Position numbers and translations under genes: made by a program. From assembly GCA_964620495.1 (NCBI GenBank), contig CAZUHI010000040.1:5323-69322 (forward strand): 64,000 nucleotides of DNA, written 5' to 3'. Below are positions 57,043 through 64,000 of this stretch, piece by piece (the stretch's first letter is position 1; the number at the start of each line of letters is the position of its first letter). Under the pieces are notes generated by a model. That model was not told where the DNA came from and did not search any database. It saw only the letters and a program-made list of their open reading frames with translations. Source of the DNA: an uncultured Rickettsiales bacterium (GTDB taxonomy: Bacteria > Myxococcota_A > UBA796 > UBA9615).

Positions 57043-58341
57043 TTAGGGAGCGGAGTCGTCGTCGTCCGCGGCGGAGTCGTCGTCGTCCCCGAAGCACGAG
57101 TCGGGCAGGTCGTACGGGAAGCCCGCCGAGTCGTCGTCGTCGCCGACGCCGTCGAGGATCTCGAGGTCGATGCCCGAGCTGAGGCGGCGCGGGAGCGTGT
57201 CCACGAGCAGCCAGCCGGGCCGCTGCTCCAGGACCACCCCGAACATGAAGGCCAGACCGAGGTCCTGCCCGGGCGCGGTGAGCCAGACGAGGCGCTTGTT
57301 GCCGTCCGCGATGAGCAGATCGCAGGGAGCCTCTTCGGTGTAGACGAGGTCCCCGTCGTCCACCCAGCCGACCTCGGTGTAGACGGCGCCGGTGAGGTTC
57401 GGGACGGCCACCGTCTCCGAGAGGAGGTTCGCGTCCAGGGCGCCCAAGTGGTCCGCGGGAGGCGTGCCGTTCACGGGCCAGTCGATGAGGTCGTCGCGCA
57501 GGTTGTTGCTGGCCGGGGTCACGAACAGCACCGGGTTCGCGGGCGCGGCGATCTCCATCAGGCCGGACAGCGAGCCGTGCCAGGCGGCGACGAGCGAGCC
57601 GTCGGGGAACGAGATGTCGGTGTCCACGGGGACGTCGCCGCCCGTGACGGACAGCAGACGCACGCGCATCGTGAGTCCCTGGGAGCTGTTCACGCCCTCG
57701 GGGTGGTGCTCGAGGTTCAGCTCGCCGCCGAGCACGTCGCGCGCGACGTTCCAGCCGGGCCCACCGCTGCCGATCGCGTCGGTCACCGCGTCCACGTCCT
57801 TCGCGTCGATGTACACGACCCAGTCGCCGGACCCCGCGAGCAGCGTGTCGCCCGCGTTGAAGCCGCCGCTGCCGTCGCCGTCGACGTACGCGAACGGGGC
57901 GAACATGGCGGCCGAGACGCCCTTGGCGACCTCCGTGAGGAGGCCCGCGTCGACGGTCTCTTCCACGTAGTTCGCGTAGGTGGCCTGGCCCGCGACCAGC
58001 GAGACCTTCGCCGCCGCGATGAGGTCGGAGTCCCACTCTTCGCCGAACGTCGGGCCCTTCGCCTGGGCGAGGAAGAGTCCGGCGCGCACGTCGCCCGCGG
58101 GGACCGAGCCGTCTGTGGGCTGGTACGCGAGGCTGCCGCCGATGGGGATGCCCTCGGGGATGACGAGGTCGTCGTCGTTCGGGCCCGCGTCGTCGTCGTC
58201 CACGCCCGCGTCGTCGTCGTCCGTGACGTCCGGCGGCGTGGGGTCGACGGTGCCGTCTTCCGTGGGGCAGCCCTGCCAGAGGAGGAGCGCCCCGACGCCG
58301 AGGCCCAGCGTGGTCCAGAGAATGCCGCGGGAGTCGGTCAT
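57043..58341 (-). CDS. Lipoprotein with N-terminal and C-terminal poly-Asp tracts
   Basis: ATG at 58341 overlaps the Rieske gene stop (ATGA). Shows LLLWQGC (lipobox), DDDDAGVDDDDAGPNDDD, and a C-terminus DDDDSAGF...GDDDDSAADDDDSAP. Confidence 0.65.
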   Translation of the reverse strand: MTDSRGILWTTLGLGVGALLLWQGCPTEDGTVDPTPPDVTDDDDAGVDDDDAGPNDDDLVIPEGIPIGGSLAYQPTDGSVPAGDVRAGLFLAQAKGPTFGEEWDSDLIAAAKVSLVAGQATYANYVEETVDAGLLTEVAKGVSAAMFAPFAYVDGDGSGGFNAGDTLLAGSGDWVVYIDAKDVDAVTDAIGSGGPGWNVARDVLGGELNLEHHPEGVNSSQGLTMRVRLLSVTGGDVPVDTDISFPDGSLVAAWHGSLSGLMEIAAPANPVLFVTPASNNLRDDLIDWPVNGTPPADHLGALDANLLSETVAVPNLTGAVYTEVGWVDDGDLVYTEEAPCDLLIADGNKRLVWLTAPGQDLGLAFMFGVVLEQRPGWLLVDTLPRRLSSGIDLEILDGVGDDDDSAGFPYDLPDSCFGDDDDSAADDDDSAP

Positions 58342-58913
58342 AGCTTCACCATCACTCGGTTCTTCTTGATCTTGACCGCCACGCTGGCGATCGACGCGTC
58401 GGCGGATCCGCTCACGTTGGTGCCGTCGCGAACATCCCACTCCCACTCGTGGAGGGGGCAGGTGATCGTGTGCCCGTCGAGCACGCCGTCTCCCAGGGGC
58501 CCGTACGCGTGGCCGCACTCTCCCTGGGTGGCGAAGATCTCGCCGTCGACGTTGTACAGGGCGACGGACTTGCCCGCCGCGTCGACCGCCTTCGCCTCCC
58601 CGGGGATCAGCTGGTCCAGGTTCGCGACCTGCACCCACGTGCTGCCCTGGGACTCGTCCAACTCGGCGGGCTTGGCGGGCGCCGCCTTGGGCATGAACTG
58701 CGCCCCGGGCACCGGGCTCTGAGGCTTGCGCACGGCCCCGACCGAGGGCGTGGGAGGCGTGGCCGGGGCGGGCCGCTCCTTGGGGTTCTCGCGCTTGTAG
58801 GCAGGCGGACCGCCCGCGGCCACGGAGGGCGACTCGGGGGAGGTCCCGGTGTCTGCGCCGAGCGCGCCGAGGATGAGCTTCTTGATCTTCTTGCGGATAC
58901 CGAAGGGCGTCAT
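58338..58913 (-). CDS. Rieske [2Fe-2S] domain protein (NirD-like, stand-alone) with Lys-rich N-terminus and Pro-rich linker
   Basis: ATG at 58913 (MTPFGIRKKIKKLILGAL). Rieske ligand motifs C-G-H (ECGHAYGPL) and C-P-L-H (ITCPLHEWEW). Confidence 0.75.
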   Translation of the reverse strand: MTPFGIRKKIKKLILGALGADTGTSPESPSVAAGGPPAYKRENPKERPAPATPPTPSVGAVRKPQSPVPGAQFMPKAAPAKPAELDESQGSTWVQVANLDQLIPGEAKAVDAAGKSVALYNVDGEIFATQGECGHAYGPLGDGVLDGHTITCPLHEWEWDVRDGTNVSGSADASIASVAVKIKKNRVMVKL

Positions 58914-58935
58914 GGCGCGGGATGTTACCCGGGGG

Positions 58936-59355
58936 CTACCGACACCGCTCGGCGGCGGTCGCGACGAGGGCACCGAGGCGAGTCGCACGGGCGGGGTCGA
59001 GGTTGACGGCGATGCCGTAGTCCATGACGGCCTCGGCGGTCGTCTCGTGGTGATGGAGCACCCGTCGGGCGGCGAGGCGGTGGGCCCCTGCGTCCCCCCG
59101 CTCGACCCGCCCCGCGCACGCCAGCTCCGCGCTCACGCGCGCCCACCGATCGTCGTCCAGGGCGACGATCTGGTCGGGCTCGAGTTCTTCCGCCGGGGGG
59201 TCCGCGTACGTCGTCCAGTCGCCCAGCTGGAGGCCCGGCGCCTCGGGCGTGGCGGCCTCGGCCGCGGGAGGCGCCACGGCCGGCGCGACCGACTCCCCCG
59301 CCCCACTGCACGCGGACACGAGGAGGGCGGCGACGAGGAGCATGGCGCGAGTCAT
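58936..59355 (-). CDS. Small lipoprotein, unknown function
   Basis: ATG at 59355 (MTRAMLLVAALLVSACSG), or at 59343. Ala/Pro linker, then a helical domain. It is the first gene downstream of the AT-rich intergenic island. Confidence 0.55.
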   Translation of the reverse strand: MTRAMLLVAALLVSACSGAGESVAPAVAPPAAEAATPEAPGLQLGDWTTYADPPAEELEPDQIVALDDDRWARVSAELACAGRVERGDAGAHRLAARRVLHHHETTAEAVMDYGIAVNLDPARATRLGALVATAAERCR

Positions 59356-59460
59356 CGTCCGACTGTACTGCACCCCTCCGATTGTCGAAGGCACAACGGC
59401 GGATTGTCCGGGCGACACGGTCGGGGCCCGCGAGGGGCGAGGCCACCCGGGAGGGAGATC

Positions 59461-59505
59461 GAAAAAAGATCATTGATTCCAGCTAGTTATGGGCTTTTCT
59501 CCCGC
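59461..59505. promoter_or_regulatory. AT-rich island in a divergent intergenic region (candidate promoter/UP region)
   Basis: gaaaaaagatcattgattccagctagttatgggcttttctc stands out against the G+C-rich background. It lies between divergent starts at 59355 (-) and 59572 (+). It contains a TTGATT hexamer, and ATAACT on the other strand. Confidence 0.3.
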
Positions 59506-59571
59506 GAGCTCCGAAGCCGGCACGGCGGTCGCATTGTGATGAGGCACCACCCCCGCCCGAAAGGCCCTCCC

Positions 59572-60444
59572 ATGCAGCTGTCCCGCCCCCTCGCGCTCTT
59601 CCTCGGCTCCCTCCTGACCCTCCCCGCGGCGGGCTGCCGCTACTTCGACGAGGCCCCCGCGGACGCGGAGCCCGTCGCGGAGCCCGAGGTGGATCCCGGG
59701 GATCCCGAGGATCCCGAGGACCCGAGCGACGAGCTCCCCGCGGCGGCGTACGAGGCGCCGGTCTTCTCCGACTTCGCGCTCCTCAGGATCGACCTCGGCG
59801 GCGGCCTCGTCGAGGAGCACGACGCGCTCTCGCACCAGCGCGACCTGTCCGACTACTCCAACTTCGTCGCGGGCGCCGTCACCGCGGCCGCGGGCATCGC
59901 CATCGGCGCGGCCGTCACGGGTCCGCCCAGCCTCGTGCTCGAGGACACCGTGGTGAACGGCAGCGTCTCGAACCCGTCCACGTTCGTGTGGGAGTTCGCT
60001 GAGACGACCGTCATCGACGGCACCACCTACGACGCCGTGGCGAGGTACGAGGCGCGCTGGTACGGGTGGGAGGTGGCGATGGTCGTGTCCGCCTCCGGCC
60101 TCGAGGTCGAGTTCACCGACGTCGTGTGGTTCGACGGCGAGATGTCCTACGACGGCGTGGTCGGCACCTGGCAGCTCTACGACCTGGACGGCGCCGAGAC
60201 CGCGTCCGTGGACTACCTGCAGAACGACCAGGGCGAGTTCGTCGCGGTCATCGCGTCCGACGCCGGGTACCTCACGGCCACCGTGTTCGGCTCTTCGCGC
60301 CTCATCACCGGCACCAACGCGTCCGGCGAGTCCGCCGCGGTGGGCTGGGACGCAGACTCCTACGAGGGCTTCGTCTCCCACCCCGACTACCTGAACGGCG
60401 CCGCGGCCTGCTGGGACGGCGCCCTGATGAACAGCGGCTGCTGA
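59572..60444 (+). CDS. Lipoprotein with acidic Pro/Glu/Asp tether, unknown function
   Basis: ATG at 59572 gives MQLSRPLALFLGSLLTLPAAGC. The tether reads EPEVDPGDPEDPEDPSDE. The body is beta-rich. The 5' 240 codons of listed ORF 58849..60444 are noise. Confidence 0.65.
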   Translation: MQLSRPLALFLGSLLTLPAAGCRYFDEAPADAEPVAEPEVDPGDPEDPEDPSDELPAAAYEAPVFSDFALLRIDLGGGLVEEHDALSHQRDLSDYSNFVAGAVTAAAGIAIGAAVTGPPSLVLEDTVVNGSVSNPSTFVWEFAETTVIDGTTYDAVARYEARWYGWEVAMVVSASGLEVEFTDVVWFDGEMSYDGVVGTWQLYDLDGAETASVDYLQNDQGEFVAVIASDAGYLTATVFGSSRLITGTNASGESAAVGWDADSYEGFVSHPDYLNGAAACWDGALMNSGC

Positions 60445-60455
60445 ACAGCGGTCGC

Positions 60456-60758
60456 TTAGTCGAGCGCAGCCTCTACGAGCGGCTCGGCGGGGGCGGTCCC
60501 CGTCGGGCCGTCGTCGTTCCGGAGCTCGGGGGGCACCTCCCACTTGCTCGAGCACTCCCGGCACTCGACGAGGCGACCGCCGTGCTCGAGCGTCCACAGC
60601 GGGAACCAGTACAGCGTGAAGGCCTTCACCGCCTCCTGCTCGACCATGCGCGTGGGGACGCCGCAGTCGGGGCAGTTGAGCTTGCCGTCCCAGCCGCCCT
60701 TGACCGGACGAAACGTCCAGCGGGTGCCGAAGATGACGATGAAGGAGACGTGCGCCAC
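60456..60758 (-). CDS. Zinc-ribbon domain protein (100 aa)
   Basis: GTG start 4 nt after the PhyH stop. Two Cys pairs: CPDCG...CRECS. Confidence 0.6.
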   Translation of the reverse strand: MAHVSFIVIFGTRWTFRPVKGGWDGKLNCPDCGVPTRMVEQEAVKAFTLYWFPLWTLEHGGRLVECRECSSKWEVPPELRNDDGPTGTAPAEPLVEAALD

Positions 60759-60762
60759 GCCG

Positions 60763-61566
60763 TCACCCTAGGTCGGGGTCGACCCCCGGTCCATCTCGTG
60801 GGGCGGGCGCGACGGACGCGGGCTCGCCGTCCGGAGCGAGCGCGGGCAGATAGAACGGGTCCACCTCGGCCACGTCGGCGGACAGGTAATGCCCGATGAG
60901 AGCGCGACGGAACCGATCGCTGCGGTTCGGCAGCGACCCGTGCACCACCTCGCCGGTGAAGAACAGGACGTCGCCCGGCTCCATGACGGCGGGCACCACC
61001 ACGGCGTCCGCGGGCAGATCGAGGACGCCGACGGCGGTGAACGAGTCGGCGTTCTCGACGGCGCCGTGGGCCAGGATCGGCAGCCGCCCCGAGCCCTCCA
61101 CGACCCGCATGCAGCCGTTCGACTCGTCGGCGCGATCCAGGGCGAGCCAGGCGGCGGCGCAGGTCCCCGGCGAGGCGCGCAGGTAGGCCTGGTCCTGGTG
61201 GAGCGCCTGGCCCCGCGCCCCGGGGGGCTTGAAGTACAGCATCGTCTGCACGGCCGACGGCGTCCCCGGGCGTCCGACCGCGGCGAGGAGCGCCTCGAGG
61301 CCGCGACGCAGCCGGGCGTCCAGCATCCAGCGCAACGAGCGCGCGTCCCAGCGGTGCATGTGGATCAGGCGAGGCCACGCCAGCAGCGGGTCGTCGTCGC
61401 CGTCGGGGCCGGGCTCGCCCGCGTAGTCCCCCGGCTTCGGCCCCTCGGCGCGCATCGCCATGAAGTGAGCGGTCAGCTCGGCCACCTCGGGGGCGTCGAA
61501 CAGGCCCCGGGCGATGCCCCAGCCGTGGGCGGCGAAGGAGGGCTGCGCGGCCTCGATCGAGCTCAC
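60763..61566 (-). CDS. Phytanoyl-CoA dioxygenase (PhyH)-family Fe(II)/2-oxoglutarate oxygenase
   Basis: GTG at 61566 shares 1 nt with the icmF stop (TAGTG). H-x-D (ALHQDQAY), distal His (VVHGSLPN) and Arg (RFRRALIGHY). The upstream part of listed ORF 60763..63579 is an alternate frame of icmF. Confidence 0.8.
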   Translation of the reverse strand: MSSIEAAQPSFAAHGWGIARGLFDAPEVAELTAHFMAMRAEGPKPGDYAGEPGPDGDDDPLLAWPRLIHMHRWDARSLRWMLDARLRRGLEALLAAVGRPGTPSAVQTMLYFKPPGARGQALHQDQAYLRASPGTCAAAWLALDRADESNGCMRVVEGSGRLPILAHGAVENADSFTAVGVLDLPADAVVVPAVMEPGDVLFFTGEVVHGSLPNRSDRFRRALIGHYLSADVAEVDPFYLPALAPDGEPASVAPAPRDGPGVDPDLG

Positions 61567-64000
61567 TACATGGACCGTCGGTAGCGCCCGCCGACCTCGT
61601 ACAGGGCCGCGCTGATCTGGCCGAGGCTGGCCACCCGCACCGTCCTCATGAGCTCCGCGAAGATGTTCCCGTCCGCGAGGGCGACCTCCTGGAGCCGCTC
61701 CAGCGCGACGGGGCGGGCGTCGGCGTGGGCGTCCTGGAACGCGCGCACCGCCGTGATCTGCCCGGTCTTCTCCTCGGTCGTGGCGCGACGGATCTCCATG
61801 TCCTCGGAGTCGCTCGCCATCCCGCCCTTCGGGTTCAGGTAGGTGTTCACGCCGATGATGGGCAGCGAGCCGTCGTGCTTGCGGTGCTCGTACAGCAGCG
61901 ACTCCTCCTGGATCTTGCTGCGCTGGTACTGCCGCTCCATGGCCCCCAGGACGCCGCCCCGTCGGCTGATCGCCTCGAACTCGGCGAGCACGGCCTCCTC
62001 CACCAGCTCGGTCAGCTCCTCGACGACGAACGCCCCCTGGAGGTTGTTCTCGTTCTTCGACAGCCCGAGCTCCTGCTGGACGATCATCTGGATCGCCATG
62101 GCGCGCCGCACGGACTCCTCGGTGGGGGTCGTGATCGCCTCGTCGTAGGCGTTGGTGTGCAGCGAGTTGCAGTTGTCGTTGAGGGCCAGCAGCGCCTGCA
62201 GCGTGGTGCGGATGTCGTTGAAGTCGATCTCCTGCGCGTGCAGCGATCGGCCGCTCGTCTGGATGTGGTACTTCAGCATCTGCGCCCTCGGCGAGGCCCC
62301 GTACCGGTCGCGCATGGCGACGGCCCAGATGCGGCGCGCGACGCGCCCGACGACCGTGTACTCCGGGTCCAACCCGTTGCTGAAGAAGAAGGACAGGTTC
62401 GGGCTGAACTCGTCGATGTCCATGCCGCGCGCGAGGTAGTACTCGACGATCGTGAAGCCGTTGGCGAGCGTGAACGCGAGCTGGCTGATGGGGTTCGCCC
62501 CCGCCTCGGCGATGTGGTAGCCGCTGATCGACACCGAGTAGTAGTTCCGCACCCCCTTGTCGATGAACCACTCCTGGATGTCGCCCATCATCTTGAGGGC
62601 GAACTCGGTGCTGAAGATGCAGGTGTTCTGGGCCTGATCCTCCTTGAGGATGTCGGCCTGCACCGTCCCGCGGACGACCTCGAGGGTCCGGTCCACGATC
62701 GCAGCGTGCTCCTCGGGCCCGGGGTGCCGCTGGTTCACGGACGCGAACACGTCGACCTGCTGGTCGATGGCCGTGTTCAGGAACATCGCGAGGATGATCG
62801 GCGCGGGCCCGTTGATCGTCATGGAGACCGACGTGCTCGGGGCCACGAGGTCGAAGCCGCCGTAGAGGATCTTCATGTCCTCCAGCGTGCAGATGGAGAC
62901 GCCCGACTCCCCGACCTTGCCGTAGATGTCGGGCCGCTCGTGAGGGTCCTCGCCGTAGAGCGTGACGCTGTCGAAGGCGGTGCTGAGCCGCTTCGCGTCG
63001 TCGTCCTTGCTGAGGTAGTGGAAGCGCCGGTTCGTGCGGATCGGTGGACCCTCGCCCGCGAACTGCCGCTTCGGCGCCTCGGCCGTGCGCTTGAACGGGT
63101 ACAGCCCCGCCGTGTACGGGAAGTGCCCGGGCAGGTTCTCGAGGTAGCGCCAGCGGAGGATGTCTCCGTCGCCCGTGAAGGGAGGCAGCGCGACCCGCGG
63201 AATCGCCAGGCCGCTCAGCGACTCCGTGGTCGTGGGCACGGAGATGTCCTTGCCCCGGACGGTGTACGTGAAGGTCCCCGACGCATACGCCTCGCGCAAC
63301 GCCGACCAGGAGGCGAGCAGCTCCCGAGAGTCGCCGCCGAGCTCGGAGTCGAGCTCCGCGATCCGGGCGTCGAGAGCTGCGGTGTCCACCTCGGACTTGG
63401 CGAGCCGCAGCGCAGAGAGGCGTCGAGCGACGTCCGCCTGCTCCCCCGCCCGCGCCTTGTACCCCCGCACGCACTCCGCGATCTCCTCGAGGTACCGCAC
63501 CCGACCCGCGGGGATCAGCGCGTCGGCCGCAGGGGACAGGCGGGAGGGGGGACGCTCGATCGTCGACGACGACGACCACCGGCCGGGCGCGACCCTCTCG
63601 AGGCCGGCCACGAGATCGCAGTACAGCGCCGTGACCCCGGGGTCGTTGAAGCGGCTCGCGATCGTCCCGAACACCGGCAGCTCCTCGTCCGTCGGCGACG
63701 GGCCGAACAGCTCGCGGGAACGCCGGTACTGCTTGCGCACGTCGCGCACCGCGTCGAGGCCGCCGCGTCGTTCGAACTTGTTGAGGACGACCAGGTCCGC
63801 GAAGTCGATCATGTCGATCTTCTCGAGCTGGGACGGCGCGCCGTACTCCGGCGTCATCACGTAGGCCGTGACGTCCGACAGATCGACCACCGCCGAGTCG
63901 CCCTGGCCGATGCCCGACGTCTCCAGGAGCACCAGGTCGAACCCCGCCAACCGCAGCAGGTCGAGCCCCTCCGCCGTCGCCTGGGACACCTCGCCGCCGC
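61566..64000 (-). CDS. icmF: Fused isobutyryl-CoA mutase (MeaB-like G-domain + B12-dependent acyl-CoA mutase core), 5'-truncated by the window edge
   Basis: End of the G-domain ([17 protein letters not shown]), a linker, then the mutase TIM-barrel domain ([46 protein letters not shown]). The reading frame runs off the window, so the B12-binding N-terminus is not seen. Confidence 0.9.
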   Translation of the reverse strand, partial: GGEVSQATAEGLDLLRLAGFDLVLLETSGIGQGDSAVVDLSDVTAYVMTPEYGAPSQLEKIDMIDFADLVVLNKFERRGGLDAVRDVRKQYRRSRELFGPSPTDEELPVFGTIASRFNDPGVTALYCDLVAGLERVAPGRWSSSSTIERPPSRLSPAADALIPAGRVRYLEEIAECVRGYKARAGEQADVARRLSALRLAKSEVDTAALDARIAELDSELGGDSRELLASWSALREAYASGTFTYTVRGKDISVPTTTESLSGLAIPRVALPPFTGDGDILRWRYLENLPGHFPYTAGLYPFKRTAEAPKRQFAGEGPPIRTNRRFHYLSKDDDAKRLSTAFDSVTLYGEDPHERPDIYGKVGESGVSICTLEDMKILYGGFDLVAPSTSVSMTINGPAPIILAMFLNTAIDQQVDVFASVNQRHPGPEEHAAIVDRTLEVVRGTVQADILKEDQAQNTCIFSTEFALKMMGDIQEWFIDKGVRNYYSVSISGYHIAEAGANPISQLAFTLANGFTIVEYYLARGMDIDEFSPNLSFFFSNGLDPEYTVVGRVARRIWAVAMRDRYGASPRAQMLKYHIQTSGRSLHAQEIDFNDIRTTLQALLALNDNCNSLHTNAYDEAITTPTEESVRRAMAIQMIVQQELGLSKNENNLQGAFVVEELTELVEEAVLAEFEAISRRGGVLGAMERQYQRSKIQEESLLYEHRKHDGSLPIIGVNTYLNPKGGMASDSEDMEIRRATTEEKTGQITAVRAFQDAHADARPVALERLQEVALADGNIFAELMRTVRVASLGQISAALYEVGGRYRRSM

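Noticed and set aside
53627-58036. 1469-aa ORF on the - strand, taken at face value.
   Set aside because: Only the last 495 codons (from GTG 55114) are coding. Upstream of that, the frame is an alternate reading of the TGase-like and poly-Asp lipoprotein genes.
60763-63579. 938-aa ORF on the - strand.
   Set aside because: Only the last 267 codons (the PhyH-family protein, from GTG 61566) are coding. The rest is an alternate frame of icmF.

Overview
This is a 64 kb, gene-dense chromosomal segment. It is very G+C-rich (roughly 70% or more by eye; not computed). I call 55 protein-coding genes. I found no rRNA, tRNA, CRISPR array, transposase, integrase or phage genes. Because of the G+C content, the six-frame track is full of long Arg/Gly/Pro-rich antisense or alternate-frame ORFs, which I rejected. 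Many real genes start inside a longer listed ORF, so I re-derived their starts by reading codons by hand. Starts are often GTG and often fall in a 4-nt GTGA/ATGA overlap with the upstream stop.

Housekeeping genes present: Opp/Dpp-type binding protein, carA, xseA, radA, menB, class I lysyl-tRNA synthetase, folE, queD/PTPS-family gene, cyclophilin, GST, and a 5'-truncated icmF.

The accessory content is rich in envelope functions. It includes many lipoproteins with poly-Asp tethers after the lipobox, two parallel beta-helix lipoproteins, GT-C-like membrane proteins, and a Ser/Thr kinase-STAND-TPR protein. It also includes a receiver-PATAN-Roadblock regulator. This gene content looks Myxococcota-like, which is inference only.

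The most interesting locus is a ~15.8 kb, 15-gene co-directional operon on the minus strand (43571-59355). It carries a minimal aryl-polyene/flexirubin-like type II KS/CLF-ACP-dehydratase core with MMPL and LolA-like export parts. It also encodes a GT2, a polysaccharide deacetylase, GTP cyclohydrolase I plus a PTPS/QueD enzyme, a Rieske protein, a transglutaminase-like pseudoenzyme and an outer-membrane barrel. Two of its genes are unusual in-frame enzyme-carrier fusions.

Other notable items are a lysK-lat translationally coupled pair and a 163-bp near-perfect palindromic element between convergent genes. All functional calls rest on motif recognition from memory. No database search was possible.
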